Source: Acidobacteriota bacterium (GTDB lineage Bacteria > Acidobacteriota > UBA890 > WLXD01). From it: DNA of 64,000 nt. Shown in pieces: positions 17,532-26,582 of this stretch; position 1 is the stretch's first letter; every line of letters starts with the position of its first letter. The position numbers and the translations under genes are program-made. The stretch covers positions 1,472,001 to 1,536,000 of the forward strand of contig CBDBHB010000009.1 in the NCBI GenBank assembly GCA_965205505.1, in the 5' to 3' direction. The notes below the pieces were generated by a model. That model had not been told where the DNA came from and made no database searches. It was given only the letters and a program-made list of their open reading frames with translations.

Positions 17532-19646
17532 CTACTCGCCTGCCGTGGTCATTTCCGGCTTGAGGTGCTTGTCGTACCAGGCCAGGTAACGTTGGTGCAG
17601 GTCCTTGCGGTAGTACGGCAGGTTGATGCCGTGGTGCATGTTCGGGTAGACGACGAGCAGCGCCTCGCGGCCCATGCTCTTGACTGCCTGATACATCATC
17701 TCGGCGTGAATGATGGGGACGTTCCAGTCCTCCTTGCCGCCCACCCACATGGTGGGAGTGGTGATCTTGTCGACGTCGTTGTACGAGGACAGCTTTTCGT
17801 AGATCTCGCGCGCGGCGGGCTCCCAGGGGTTTCCGAACTCGAGTCGGTACCAGCGCTGGTAGTGGTCGTGCCCGTAGCTGCTGATCCAGTGTGCTCCGGA
17901 GGCACCGGCGATCGCCGCCTTGAAACGTTGCGTCTGGGTGATTACGTAGTTGGTGAGGATGCCACCATAGGACCACCCGCCCACGCCCAGTCGATCGGCA
18001 TCGGCCCAGCCGAGCTTGATGGCGTGGTCGACTCCGGCGATCACGTCCTGGGTGTCCTTTACACCCCAGGACTGCCAGATGCCCATCTGGAACGCCTTGC
18101 CATAGCCCGACGATCCGCGCGGGTTCGTGGTCACCACCAGGTAGCCGTTGGCGGCGAGCAACTGTGCCTCGTAATTCCATCCGTAGGTGTACTGCGACAC
18201 CGGGCCGCCGTGGATTCGCAGGATGGTCGGATATCGCACGCCCTCCTGGAAGTTCAGTGGCTTGTATATGAAGCCCTCGATCTCGGTTCCGTCGGCGCTC
18301 GGGAAGTGCACGTTCTCAACCTCGGCCAGGTCGATCCCGGTCAGCATCTCGTCGTTGTTGCGGGTGAGCTCGCGCAGATCGCCGCTGTCCTCGCGAAGGT
18401 AGAGATTACCTGGCTCGCGCGGCTCGCTGATCAGCGCAACGATCGTGCCGTCGTCAGAGATGGTCACCGCGTTGACGCTACGCGGCCCATCGATGACCCG
18501 TGTCACTTCGCCGCCCCGGGTGGGGATCATTACCAGGTGACGCTCGCCGCTGTCGTCCACCTGGAAGTAGACGGAGTTTCCGTCGGCGCTGAACATCGGA
18601 CGGCGGCTACCGCGATCCAAGCCTTCGGTGAGGATCATCGCTTGTCCGCCGGGCTCGATCACCGCCACCTTGGCGACGTCATAGGGAGAGTGATCGACAT
18701 CGGTCTCGGTGATGTGGGCGATTCGAGCACCGTCCGGGCTCCAAGTGGGAGAGCCGTCCGAGCCGGGGTTCGTGGTGACCTGCGTCAGCCGGGCCCCCAT
18801 GTCGGTATTGCCGGCGTCGACCAGCCAGATGTTGGTGTCGAAGTTGCCGTCGGCATCGTCGGTGCGATTGCTGACGAAGGCGATCATCTGGCCGTCGGGT
18901 GACCACACGGGCTGGGAGTCGTCGTAGTCGCCAGAGGTGATCTGGACAATCTTCTTGCTGCCCAGATCAAACGTGTAGAGGTGGTCTCGACGCCGATCCA
19001 GGTAGCCGATGTAGTCACGCTTGAACTGCAGCCGGTCGACCACCCAGGGCTCGGGAATATCCGAGCCGTTCTTGGTCTTGGCTGCCGAATTCTTCTCCGG
19101 CGCCGGGTCCTTGATGCGCAGCGCCATCCTTCGACCGTCCGGTGCCCACTCGTAAGCGGAGATGCCTTCCGCGGCTTCAGTGAGCTGCACGGCCTCACCG
19201 CCAGTGGTCAGATCGAGCGCCCACACCTGAGTCTTGTCGTCGTCGCGCGCCGACAGGAAAGACAGCTGCGTTCCATCCGGGCTCCATCGCGGGCTCGAAG
19301 CGGAGCTTCCTTTTCCCGTCATCGGAATCGGTGCGCCGCCGTCGCGACCGACGACCCAGATCCGCGTTTCCGAGCTGTTGGTGTCGTAGTCCGTGGTACC
19401 GACCGTATAGGCGACGCGCATGCCGTCCGGGCTGATCTGAGGTGAGCCCACCCGCTCCAAGAGAAACTGATCGTCGATGGTGAGCACTGGTCGCTGCGGC
19501 GCCGAGTCGAATCTGACGGCTGGCGGGGCACCGGTACCGGCTAGCGCCTGCGCTGAGCTCGCTGAGGGGTGTGTGGCGCTCGCTGTAAGGCCGATAACGA
19601 GCGTGGCGCAGATCGGTGCAAAGCGAACAGCAGGTCGGGTCTTCAT
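17532..19646 (-). CDS. S9 family peptidase (dipeptidyl aminopeptidase/acylaminoacyl peptidase), exported
   Basis: PD40/TolB-like WSPDG repeats, IHGGP, NPRGSSGYG, GGWSYGG nucleophile, D and H of the triad. Confidence 0.92.
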   Translation of the reverse strand: MKTRPAVRFAPICATLVIGLTASATHPSASSAQALAGTGAPPAVRFDSAPQRPVLTIDDQFLLERVGSPQISPDGMRVAYTVGTTDYDTNSSETRIWVVGRDGGAPIPMTGKGSSASSPRWSPDGTQLSFLSARDDDKTQVWALDLTTGGEAVQLTEAAEGISAYEWAPDGRRMALRIKDPAPEKNSAAKTKNGSDIPEPWVVDRLQFKRDYIGYLDRRRDHLYTFDLGSKKIVQITSGDYDDSQPVWSPDGQMIAFVSNRTDDADGNFDTNIWLVDAGNTDMGARLTQVTTNPGSDGSPTWSPDGARIAHITETDVDHSPYDVAKVAVIEPGGQAMILTEGLDRGSRRPMFSADGNSVYFQVDDSGERHLVMIPTRGGEVTRVIDGPRSVNAVTISDDGTIVALISEPREPGNLYLREDSGDLRELTRNNDEMLTGIDLAEVENVHFPSADGTEIEGFIYKPLNFQEGVRYPTILRIHGGPVSQYTYGWNYEAQLLAANGYLVVTTNPRGSSGYGKAFQMGIWQSWGVKDTQDVIAGVDHAIKLGWADADRLGVGGWSYGGILTNYVITQTQRFKAAIAGASGAHWISSYGHDHYQRWYRLEFGNPWEPAAREIYEKLSSYNDVDKITTPTMWVGGKEDWNVPIIHAEMMYQAVKSMGREALLVVYPNMHHGINLPYYRKDLHQRYLAWYDKHLKPEMTTAGE

Positions 19647-20013
19647 CTCGGGGTTTCCTCTAGTAGTGCCGGCATGCTCGATAGTCACAAGAACCGCCGG
19701 CATTCGACCATAGGCAACGGACTTTCTCAACGGATGCGGTGCGTTTGTTCGAGGGCCGCGGGCAGCCGTCGGCACGCTGGATCTGATTCAAGCGCAGCGC
19801 TGCTCCGGCGACCCGTCGCTGATTGTGGCGCCTGCTTCGTGTCGGTATGCGCCCGGCTCGAGACTTGGCCACCGCTGTCCGCAGAGAAATTGGCGAGAAT
19901 GCGTGTTCCGGCAGCGTTCACTGCGTTGATGTGTTGTTGTATATGTTCTGATGAGTTTTAGAGGGCTACACAGGGCCTCGACGCGACGAGGATAACGACG
20001 CGAGGATATTCGC

Positions 20014-21615
20014 TTGACGCATGCTCTCCAGAACGACGCCGGCTCAGCCTACGTCGTCACGCTGCTGGTCATGTCCATCACCCTGGCGCTCGGGATGGCC
20101 CTGGTGACCGCCGGCGTCACCGAGCTCGATATCTCTGGCAACTACCGGAATCGGGCTACCGCCTACTACGCGGCGGACTCCGGAATCGAAAAAACGATCG
20201 TTGACCTCCGGGCCGACTCGACCTGGATCGATCAGGTTATCGAGGCCGCGACCTGGACACGCGTCGATCCGTTTCCGTCGACGGTCACAATCGACGGCAT
20301 GACAATGAACCTGCCGACCGACGGCAACGGCGATGTGATTCCGGGGTACGTCGATCTGGGTAGCTCACAGAGCGCTGGCTACGGTGCGTTCGTGCGCCAG
20401 GTCTGGATGCCGCCGACGCTCAGCATGTCGGGGGCCAATCCTGTCCTGGCGTTTCGCACGCGGTCGACCGGTAGCGGTGGCACCGGCGACCAGGCGACGC
20501 AGATCGTGCGCGCCGACGTGAGGATACACCTGCACGCTTATAGCGTGTGGGACAACGCCGCCTTCGTCGATGCCGGTGCTAACGGCGGCACCATCAACGG
20601 CCACGTGGCAATCCGCGGGTCCTTGCATATCATCGGCGACGAGCTGTTTCCGCCGACGATCGAGTTCGGGGGAAGTGCCGACATCCGCAACAATTACGGT
20701 GATGCTGTCGCGTGGTTCGGAGCCACCGAAGCAGCCAAGCTGCCGGCGCTGCCAACGGCCGTGGTGAACGGCATAACCGTGGAAACCCTCGATGCCGTGA
20801 TTCGAACGCAACACGCTGACATCTTGCTGACCGGAAGCGCCCATATCGGCGAGATGAATGACGACGGCAACAGTATCAAGGAGACCATTGATGGTGTGCG
20901 CTCCGACGGATCCGTGGGGCCCGCGTCGGGGGTTCATTCAGACTATTGGGGTGCGTACGACGCGGAGCAAGTGGAGTTTCCGACGCTCTCGGATCCCTAC
21001 ACCGACCCGGCGACGGGGACCGCCTGGACCACCCACAAGGACTTCCTCGATTCCAACTCGTTGACCATTACCGAGACCGAGATCTCCGAGAGCATTGCCG
21101 CATTCAGCCATTCGGATGGCGACGGCAACTCGATCTCCTGGGACCCCTCCACGTTGACGCTCGACATCTCCGGCATCATCAAAATCGACAGCCCCTCGGT
21201 GCGCCTGGGGCAGCCGCACGGGCAACCCGGCCTGCGAGGCGTGAAGTACAACGGTACCGGTACGATCTACGCGACCGACGACATTCACGTCGACGGCTTC
21301 ATCGTTCCGGTCGGCAACTACATCGCCGACGGCAACCTCGGGCTGATCGCCACCGACGACGTGCTGATCGATGAGGCGACGCAGGTTAGCGTCTTCGCCG
21401 CCATCTACGCGCAGGACGAGATCAGCGTTACCAAGCAGACGGCGATCGCCGGCGCCCTCGTGTCCACGACGTTCGATCTCGGCACCAACGTGCCGGGTTT
21501 GTTCCACGTCCCCTCGCTGAGCACGAACCTGCCGCCGGGCATGCCCGGCCCCACAAGGGTTGTGTCGATCGAACGGATCGAGGTCGCCAACTGGTTCCAG
21601 GAGTTCGGCCAATGA
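20014..21615 (+). CDS. Type IV pilus minor pilin, PilX-like N-terminal domain protein
   Basis: AG|SAYVVTLL hydrophobic helix, AYYAADSGIE (PilX_N), RSTG; C-terminal NW. Confidence 0.75.
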   Translation: MTHALQNDAGSAYVVTLLVMSITLALGMALVTAGVTELDISGNYRNRATAYYAADSGIEKTIVDLRADSTWIDQVIEAATWTRVDPFPSTVTIDGMTMNLPTDGNGDVIPGYVDLGSSQSAGYGAFVRQVWMPPTLSMSGANPVLAFRTRSTGSGGTGDQATQIVRADVRIHLHAYSVWDNAAFVDAGANGGTINGHVAIRGSLHIIGDELFPPTIEFGGSADIRNNYGDAVAWFGATEAAKLPALPTAVVNGITVETLDAVIRTQHADILLTGSAHIGEMNDDGNSIKETIDGVRSDGSVGPASGVHSDYWGAYDAEQVEFPTLSDPYTDPATGTAWTTHKDFLDSNSLTITETEISESIAAFSHSDGDGNSISWDPSTLTLDISGIIKIDSPSVRLGQPHGQPGLRGVKYNGTGTIYATDDIHVDGFIVPVGNYIADGNLGLIATDDVLIDEATQVSVFAAIYAQDEISVTKQTAIAGALVSTTFDLGTNVPGLFHVPSLSTNLPPGMPGPTRVVSIERIEVANWFQEFGQ

Positions 21616-22070
21616 GCACGGCGGAGCGTCGGATGATCTCGTCGTCCCCGGGAGTGTTCAGGGCTTCCGAGGCCGGCGAAGGCGGATTCTCGCTGCTGGA
21701 GTTGACGATCTCCATGCTGCTCTTGCTCATGGTCTTGCTGTCCGTCAGCCAGCTGTTCATGGCCAGCGCGGCAATCAACAAGGCAGCGGACGACATCACC
21801 CAGGTCACGGCGCTGGCCAGCGAAAAGATCGAACAGCTGCGCCAGGTTCCATACAACAGCATCGTCGCAGGCGGCTCGTTGATTTCCGACGAGAGTGGGT
21901 TCTTCGACTCATCGGATGCAGGGGACGACGGCGATGTCGACTACACGCGGCGATGGGCAATCATCGATCAGGGAGGCTACTTCGAACTCGATGTTCGAGT
22001 TGTCGCGCGGATTGGGGCGATGGGCACGATCAAGGAGTCCAGCCTGACTGCCATCTCGGCTCCACGATGA
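21612..22070 (+). CDS. Type IV pilus minor pilin, PilV-like
   Basis: Prepilin site G|FSLLE, LASEKIEQLR. Confidence 0.8.
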   Translation: MSTAERRMISSSPGVFRASEAGEGGFSLLELTISMLLLLMVLLSVSQLFMASAAINKAADDITQVTALASEKIEQLRQVPYNSIVAGGSLISDESGFFDSSDAGDDGDVDYTRRWAIIDQGGYFELDVRVVARIGAMGTIKESSLTAISAPR

Positions 22071-22085
22071 GCGGGATCATCGTTC

Positions 22086-22736
22086 ATGCTTGATGATGCG
22101 GGTACCGGCTTGTTGGAGCTACTCATCGCTGCCACGATCCTCACGCTGGTCGTGGGCGGAGTGCTGTCGATGCTTACAGGTGGCCAGAACGCCTTCGAGT
22201 CTCAACAAGCCGATATGGAAATGAGACAAGAGGCTCGTGTGGCGCTCGACAAGATTGTTCGCGAGCCGCGGGTCGCCGGGTACGACATAGGTACTGTTAC
22301 CGAGATCTTCAGCTTGGCCACCACGTCCGCGCTGCAGTTCGCTGCCGACATCGACGACGGTGACAGTGACCCGCCTTGCGCGGCAGGGTTCGAGAACGCC
22401 GTCGGCGGCGGCGCCGAGCGTCTCGGCTACGCGGTCGTTGGCACACAATTCTTACGCAGCGTCGATTGTTGGGACGGTAGCTCCTGGATGTCGGAGATCA
22501 CCAGTCAAGTCTTGGTGGAGAGCATCACGAGCGGTCAAACTGTCTTCCGCTATTTCGATGAAACGGGCGCTGAGCTGGTTCCTGGCGTCGGCGGACTCGT
22601 CGCCGCTGATCGCAACCGGATTCGCTCGGTGTCCATCCAGCTCGACCTGATCGACGACGCCGTCACACAACTGGTCGGCGATACCCATACCAACTACGAG
22701 CTCACCGCACAGGTGAAGGTGCACAACGCCCAGTAG
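22086..22736 (+). CDS. Type IV pilus minor pilin, PilW-like
   Basis: G|TGLLE prepilin-like site with E5, QEARVALD..RVAGY, FRYFD, IRSVSI, VKVHN. Confidence 0.75.
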   Translation: MLDDAGTGLLELLIAATILTLVVGGVLSMLTGGQNAFESQQADMEMRQEARVALDKIVREPRVAGYDIGTVTEIFSLATTSALQFAADIDDGDSDPPCAAGFENAVGGGAERLGYAVVGTQFLRSVDCWDGSSWMSEITSQVLVESITSGQTVFRYFDETGAELVPGVGGLVAADRNRIRSVSIQLDLIDDAVTQLVGDTHTNYELTAQVKVHNAQ

Positions 22737-22756
22737 GGCGAGCGAGGAGAGCGCTC

Positions 22757-23239
22757 ATGCCACGATCCACAGCCGGTCGAGACCGCCGGCGCGTTCGCAA
22801 TTTTCTCATCACGCCGCGCGTGCAGTATCGGTACGGACTGTACTTCTTTGGTGTTGCGGGTATCGCGGCGGCTCTGACGCAGCTCCTGCTGATCTATGCG
22901 TTCCAGCGGATCATGGGCCAGGCAATGCTCCATACTTCTATCGATCCTCTAGAGCTGGCAGCCGCCGTCGGACAGCCACTACGCAGCCTGGGGATTTGGA
23001 TGGCCCTGCTGTTCCCGTTGCTTGCTGTGGTCTGCGGTGCCTTCGCGATCTGGCTGACGCACCGTTTCGTGGGTCCGCAGGTGGCGATTCAGCGGCATAT
23101 CGAACGCCTCAAGGCGGGCGACTATACGCATACGTGTAGCCTGCGCACTCACGACGAGCTCAAGGGGGTTGCCCGGGCCTTGAATGAGCTGACGGAAGCG
23201 CTGCGCCAGGAAGATGGACGCCATGGAATCGCGGCGTAG
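22757..23239 (+). CDS. Two-TM protein with HAMP-like domain
   Basis: RRRVRNFLI..QY, two TM helices, THRFVGP, LRTHDEL. Confidence 0.7.
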   Translation: MPRSTAGRDRRRVRNFLITPRVQYRYGLYFFGVAGIAAALTQLLLIYAFQRIMGQAMLHTSIDPLELAAAVGQPLRSLGIWMALLFPLLAVVCGAFAIWLTHRFVGPQVAIQRHIERLKAGDYTHTCSLRTHDELKGVARALNELTEALRQEDGRHGIAA

Positions 23240-23263
23240 ACCCGTAGCGTGTATGGCACCCTG

Positions 23264-23932
23264 CTACTCCACGGCGTTGAGCGTTAGCTGGACACCGCTC
23301 GCGTCGACGCTCACCTCTGCGTCGAGCTCGACTACCGGGTCGCCAGCGACGTTCCACGCTGTCAGGTCATAGAAGCCGGACGGTATGCTCTCGAGTCGAA
23401 ACACGCCGTCCTTGTCGGCGACCGCAGCGTACGGGTGCGCGACGACGAGAATGAGCGCCATCATCGCAGGGTGGACGTCGCACCGCACGGTATAGGGGCC
23501 CGGTTCGACGAAGACGTAGTCGACGCTCTCATCCATCAGCAAGTTGGTATTCACCACCACCGCGCGGGTCTCGGCGTGTGTTACACGGACGTGATGGTCG
23601 ACATCCTCGCTGTTGCGGAAGCGAACCGGCTGACCCTGGCGCGCAATCGACAGCGCAGGATCGAACGTGTAGCCGAACTGATCGATATTCGCCACCGCTG
23701 TCGGTGGCCGGGCCTGGTGCCCGGATCTCGGTTGTAGCTGCACCAGCGCGGGACCGATGCGTTCCGGCAGGGTTGCTACGAGTACCCCGGCTCCGGTCAC
23801 GGCTGTTACCAGAGCCTCGCTTTCAGCCGGCTCTGGCGCCTGATCTTCCCGGGCACACGAAGTGAACGCAACGCAGCAGGCAATCAGCAGCCAAGAGGGC
23901 TGTAACAGGGAGTACACCGCGCTGGTTGTCAT
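23264..23932 (-). CDS. Lipoprotein with cupredoxin-like and carboxypeptidase-regulatory-like domains
   Basis: Lipobox FTSC; FRNSEDVDHHV and CDVHPAM (type-1 copper-like ligands); DGVFRLESIPSGFY. Confidence 0.7.
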   Translation of the reverse strand: MTTSAVYSLLQPSWLLIACCVAFTSCAREDQAPEPAESEALVTAVTGAGVLVATLPERIGPALVQLQPRSGHQARPPTAVANIDQFGYTFDPALSIARQGQPVRFRNSEDVDHHVRVTHAETRAVVVNTNLLMDESVDYVFVEPGPYTVRCDVHPAMMALILVVAHPYAAVADKDGVFRLESIPSGFYDLTAWNVAGDPVVELDAEVSVDASGVQLTLNAVE

Positions 23933-23941
23933 GCCGCCAGT

Positions 23942-24643
23942 CTATCGGGCGGCCAGTTCGGCTGGGCAACTCACGCTCGCGGCGGGTGCACGATCCAGCA
24001 GCGGGCAAGGGTTGATTGGTCCGGCGAAGTCATGCACCTCGAAATGCAGGTGCGGGACCCCACCGCTTGCGTTGCCGGTATTGCCGACGGTGCCGATCTG
24101 TTGACCGCTAGTTACGTACTGCCCGGGTCGCACGGCGCGCGAGTCGAGGTGGGTGAAGACGAACTGGATCTTCTCGCTGGCATCCAGGAGCACAACGGTT
24201 TGGCCACCCTGGCCACCGCTGCGCGAGGTGATCACTCGCGCGTCGACCGGCGCATGCACGAGTGTGCCGCGCCGTGCCCAGATATCGATGCCGGCATGGC
24301 GGCGCTCGCCGCGATCCCGCGGGGCGCCGAAGTGGCTGAGGACGGTATCGTCCCGGATCGCCGCGACCGGCAGGCGCCAGTCTCGCGAATCGGCCCTTTC
24401 AATGGCCGCAACAGTTGGCGGGGGCTCGTAGCACTCCGGCATGAATAGAGCCTCAGCGCCCGCCGTAGTCGGGTTTGGCGTCGGAGTCGGAGTGGGAGTC
24501 GGAGTCCAGGTCGCAATTGAAGCTGCAGAAGGAATCGGATTTGCAGCCGGCGTTGCGGCCGGGCGACGGTTCGGACGAACTGCCGCGCCATGAGCACAGC
24601 CGATCGTCAGCAAGGCAGCGAGTGCCAGACACGAGCGCTTCAC
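23942..24643 (-). CDS. M23 family metallopeptidase lipoprotein
   Basis: HAGID, HLD, VGNTGNA, PHLHF; lipobox IGC; Pro/Thr linker. Confidence 0.88.
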   Translation of the reverse strand: MKRSCLALAALLTIGCAHGAAVRPNRRPAATPAANPIPSAASIATWTPTPTPTPTPNPTTAGAEALFMPECYEPPPTVAAIERADSRDWRLPVAAIRDDTVLSHFGAPRDRGERRHAGIDIWARRGTLVHAPVDARVITSRSGGQGGQTVVLLDASEKIQFVFTHLDSRAVRPGQYVTSGQQIGTVGNTGNASGGVPHLHFEVHDFAGPINPCPLLDRAPAASVSCPAELAAR

Positions 24644-24822
24644 GTGACTCTGCGTGCATGGCGAGGCGCGCGTGGCTGGCTCGACCAGCCAGGATCGAGT
24701 TTAGGGAGGCGGAACCGGCGAGAGCAACACTTTTCGGTCAGCTGGGGCCAAGTAGGGTCTGAGCGCGGCCGATTCGAACTTCAGCGCCCGTACGGGGTCC
24801 ACACGAGTAGCGCACTCCCAAC

Positions 24823-25143
24823 ATGCCGGCCCCGCGAAGCCCCGACAGGATCATCCGTCTGCGCGGCAGCTCGATCGATCGCGGCATTACGAGCAGCGCC
24901 GGCAACGCTGCGATTCGCGCCTACCGAATCAGCCAGGTCATGATCGGTGATCCCGAGGCCTACGAGAAACTCCTGCGCCCGGTCGTTGATAACGGCGACC
25001 AGAACGTGGTGATCAACAAGGTGCGCTACGACCGTGTCTTCGTCGTGACGATCCGAGTCACCGGGTTTCTCGCCGAGCAGAGCGGCAAGCAGTCGGTGAG
25101 CCACACGTACACGATCGTCTACGACTTTCCGCCGGAGACCTGA
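24823..25143 (+). pseudogene. Probable 5'-truncated fragment of an unknown protein
   Basis: Coding-like codon usage in the 3' part but no convincing start or RBS. Confidence 0.35.
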
Positions 25144-25206
25144 GCTGGGCGCGCCCGAGCGCTGCGCTTACTGGGCCTACTGGCCTGTGCGCTGGACAGG
25201 GACAAA

Positions 25207-26304
25207 TTATCGGGGCGTGTGGAGGAGACCTTGCGTCCCCGCGGCATGCGCGGCTGCCAGATGCTCGCGTAGCGGATCACGCCCGAAGTCACGATCGAAG
25301 TTACGCCACACGGTATGGACGTGGTTGGCGTCGTTCTGGGTGTTGTCGTACTCCACCACGAACGTGGGGCCGTGGATGCGGTAGTAGTGCGGCTCACCGG
25401 CCTCCACGCCACCCGCCCAGGCGAATCGCAGCTCGTCGAGGCCGTGGGCGCGGATCTCCGTCAGCTCGCCTTCCGCCAGCGAGGGCTCCAGGCGGGAAGC
25501 GTAGAGCTCCAGCAACTCCCACAGGGCCTGCTGCTGGGGCTCGGGCAGCTGGGCATAGCGAATCCCCGCAGCCGTGGGTCGCGCGGCGACCTCGGAGTTG
25601 CTTGTCAGGATGTCGTCGGGAGCGGTGGGGGAGAACACCGCCGTTCTCCGTGCTGCCGGATCGAGGTTCTGGAGCAGCAGCCGTGCACGGTCCTCCTCCT
25701 GTGCGAACGGACGGAGCCCAGAGTGCAGTCCTTCGCCCACGTAGGCGGGGTTGCCGCCGAAAAACGCCGGCGTCGTGCCCACGACCCGACCATCGAGCAG
25801 CGTGAAGTTTACCGACAGGTGATGGCCCTCGAAGCGCCAGCCCCAGCGCCCGAGACTGCCCGGTGCCCCAAAGATCGAGATCAGGTACTGGTCAGGGTCT
25901 CGGAAATCGGATTGCTCGGAGCGCTCGTAGAGGACCTCCTCGAGCCGGATGACGTCCCTGGCCTGCTCTAGTCCGCGCTCACCGAGACCCGATGCGACCA
26001 GATTCCAGGTGATCTCTCGTTCCTCGTCTGTCATCTCACGCAGCGGAAACCCGCTGCGGGGAACCGGTGTGTAGGCCCAATTGAAGCGCTCCTCGTCCTC
26101 GAATCCGGTCAGTGCCCAGTGGCGGCGCTCGCCCTCCGAGGAGTTGAGCAGGGCGCGTGCGGCATCGCGCATTCCGGGTTCGGGGGGAAGCGACTCCTGC
26201 GCGGGTGCGGTGCTCGCTGCAAGGGCTATCGTGACGGTGGCGACGACCAAGGCGGCTGTGGCGGATCGACGTTGGGCGCGGCTTGCTGGCGTTGGTGCTC
26301 GCAT
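25207..26304 (-). CDS. DUF3500 domain exported protein
   Basis: WGWRFEGHHLSVN, TPAFFG, YYRIHGP, EYDNTQNDANHVHTVWR, DFG. Confidence 0.9.
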   Translation of the reverse strand: MRAPTPASRAQRRSATAALVVATVTIALAASTAPAQESLPPEPGMRDAARALLNSSEGERRHWALTGFEDEERFNWAYTPVPRSGFPLREMTDEEREITWNLVASGLGERGLEQARDVIRLEEVLYERSEQSDFRDPDQYLISIFGAPGSLGRWGWRFEGHHLSVNFTLLDGRVVGTTPAFFGGNPAYVGEGLHSGLRPFAQEEDRARLLLQNLDPAARRTAVFSPTAPDDILTSNSEVAARPTAAGIRYAQLPEPQQQALWELLELYASRLEPSLAEGELTEIRAHGLDELRFAWAGGVEAGEPHYYRIHGPTFVVEYDNTQNDANHVHTVWRNFDRDFGRDPLREHLAAAHAAGTQGLLHTPR

Positions 26305-26459
26305 CTAGCGCTTCCTCGGGTCACAAGAAACGGTAGTCGGGGATCATGCAGGCGACATCGTACCGTGGTGTCGGGTGCCGCCTCCACCGCGCCGTGCCAG
26401 GGCCGGCCGGATCGTCCGCGTCGGCCGTCACGCTACAGTGCCGAGCGAGCGAGATCAGA

Positions 26460-26558
26460 TCATTCCCAGCGTGGCGCCTGCATCGGGTCGATCCCGGCGA
26501 CCTCGCGTACCCGGTACATGAGCTCGGGCGTTCCGACATGCTCGCTAAGGATGGTGAG
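26460..26558 (-). pseudogene. Possible relic of a second permease C-terminus
   Basis: Translates ...AGIDPMQAPRWE*, echoing the upstream permease end RMDPVNALRLE*. Confidence 0.3.
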
Positions 26559-26582
26559 GCGAGTCGCCGCTTTCAGGCGCCC

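Noticed and set aside
19981-20008. Imperfect direct repeat ending cgaggata upstream of the pilX-like gene
   Set aside because: Too short and overlaps the probable RBS; could be chance.
24478-24507. 6-bp tandem repeat (gtcgga)
   Set aside because: It encodes the Thr-Pro linker of the M23 peptidase; not a CRISPR or contingency locus.
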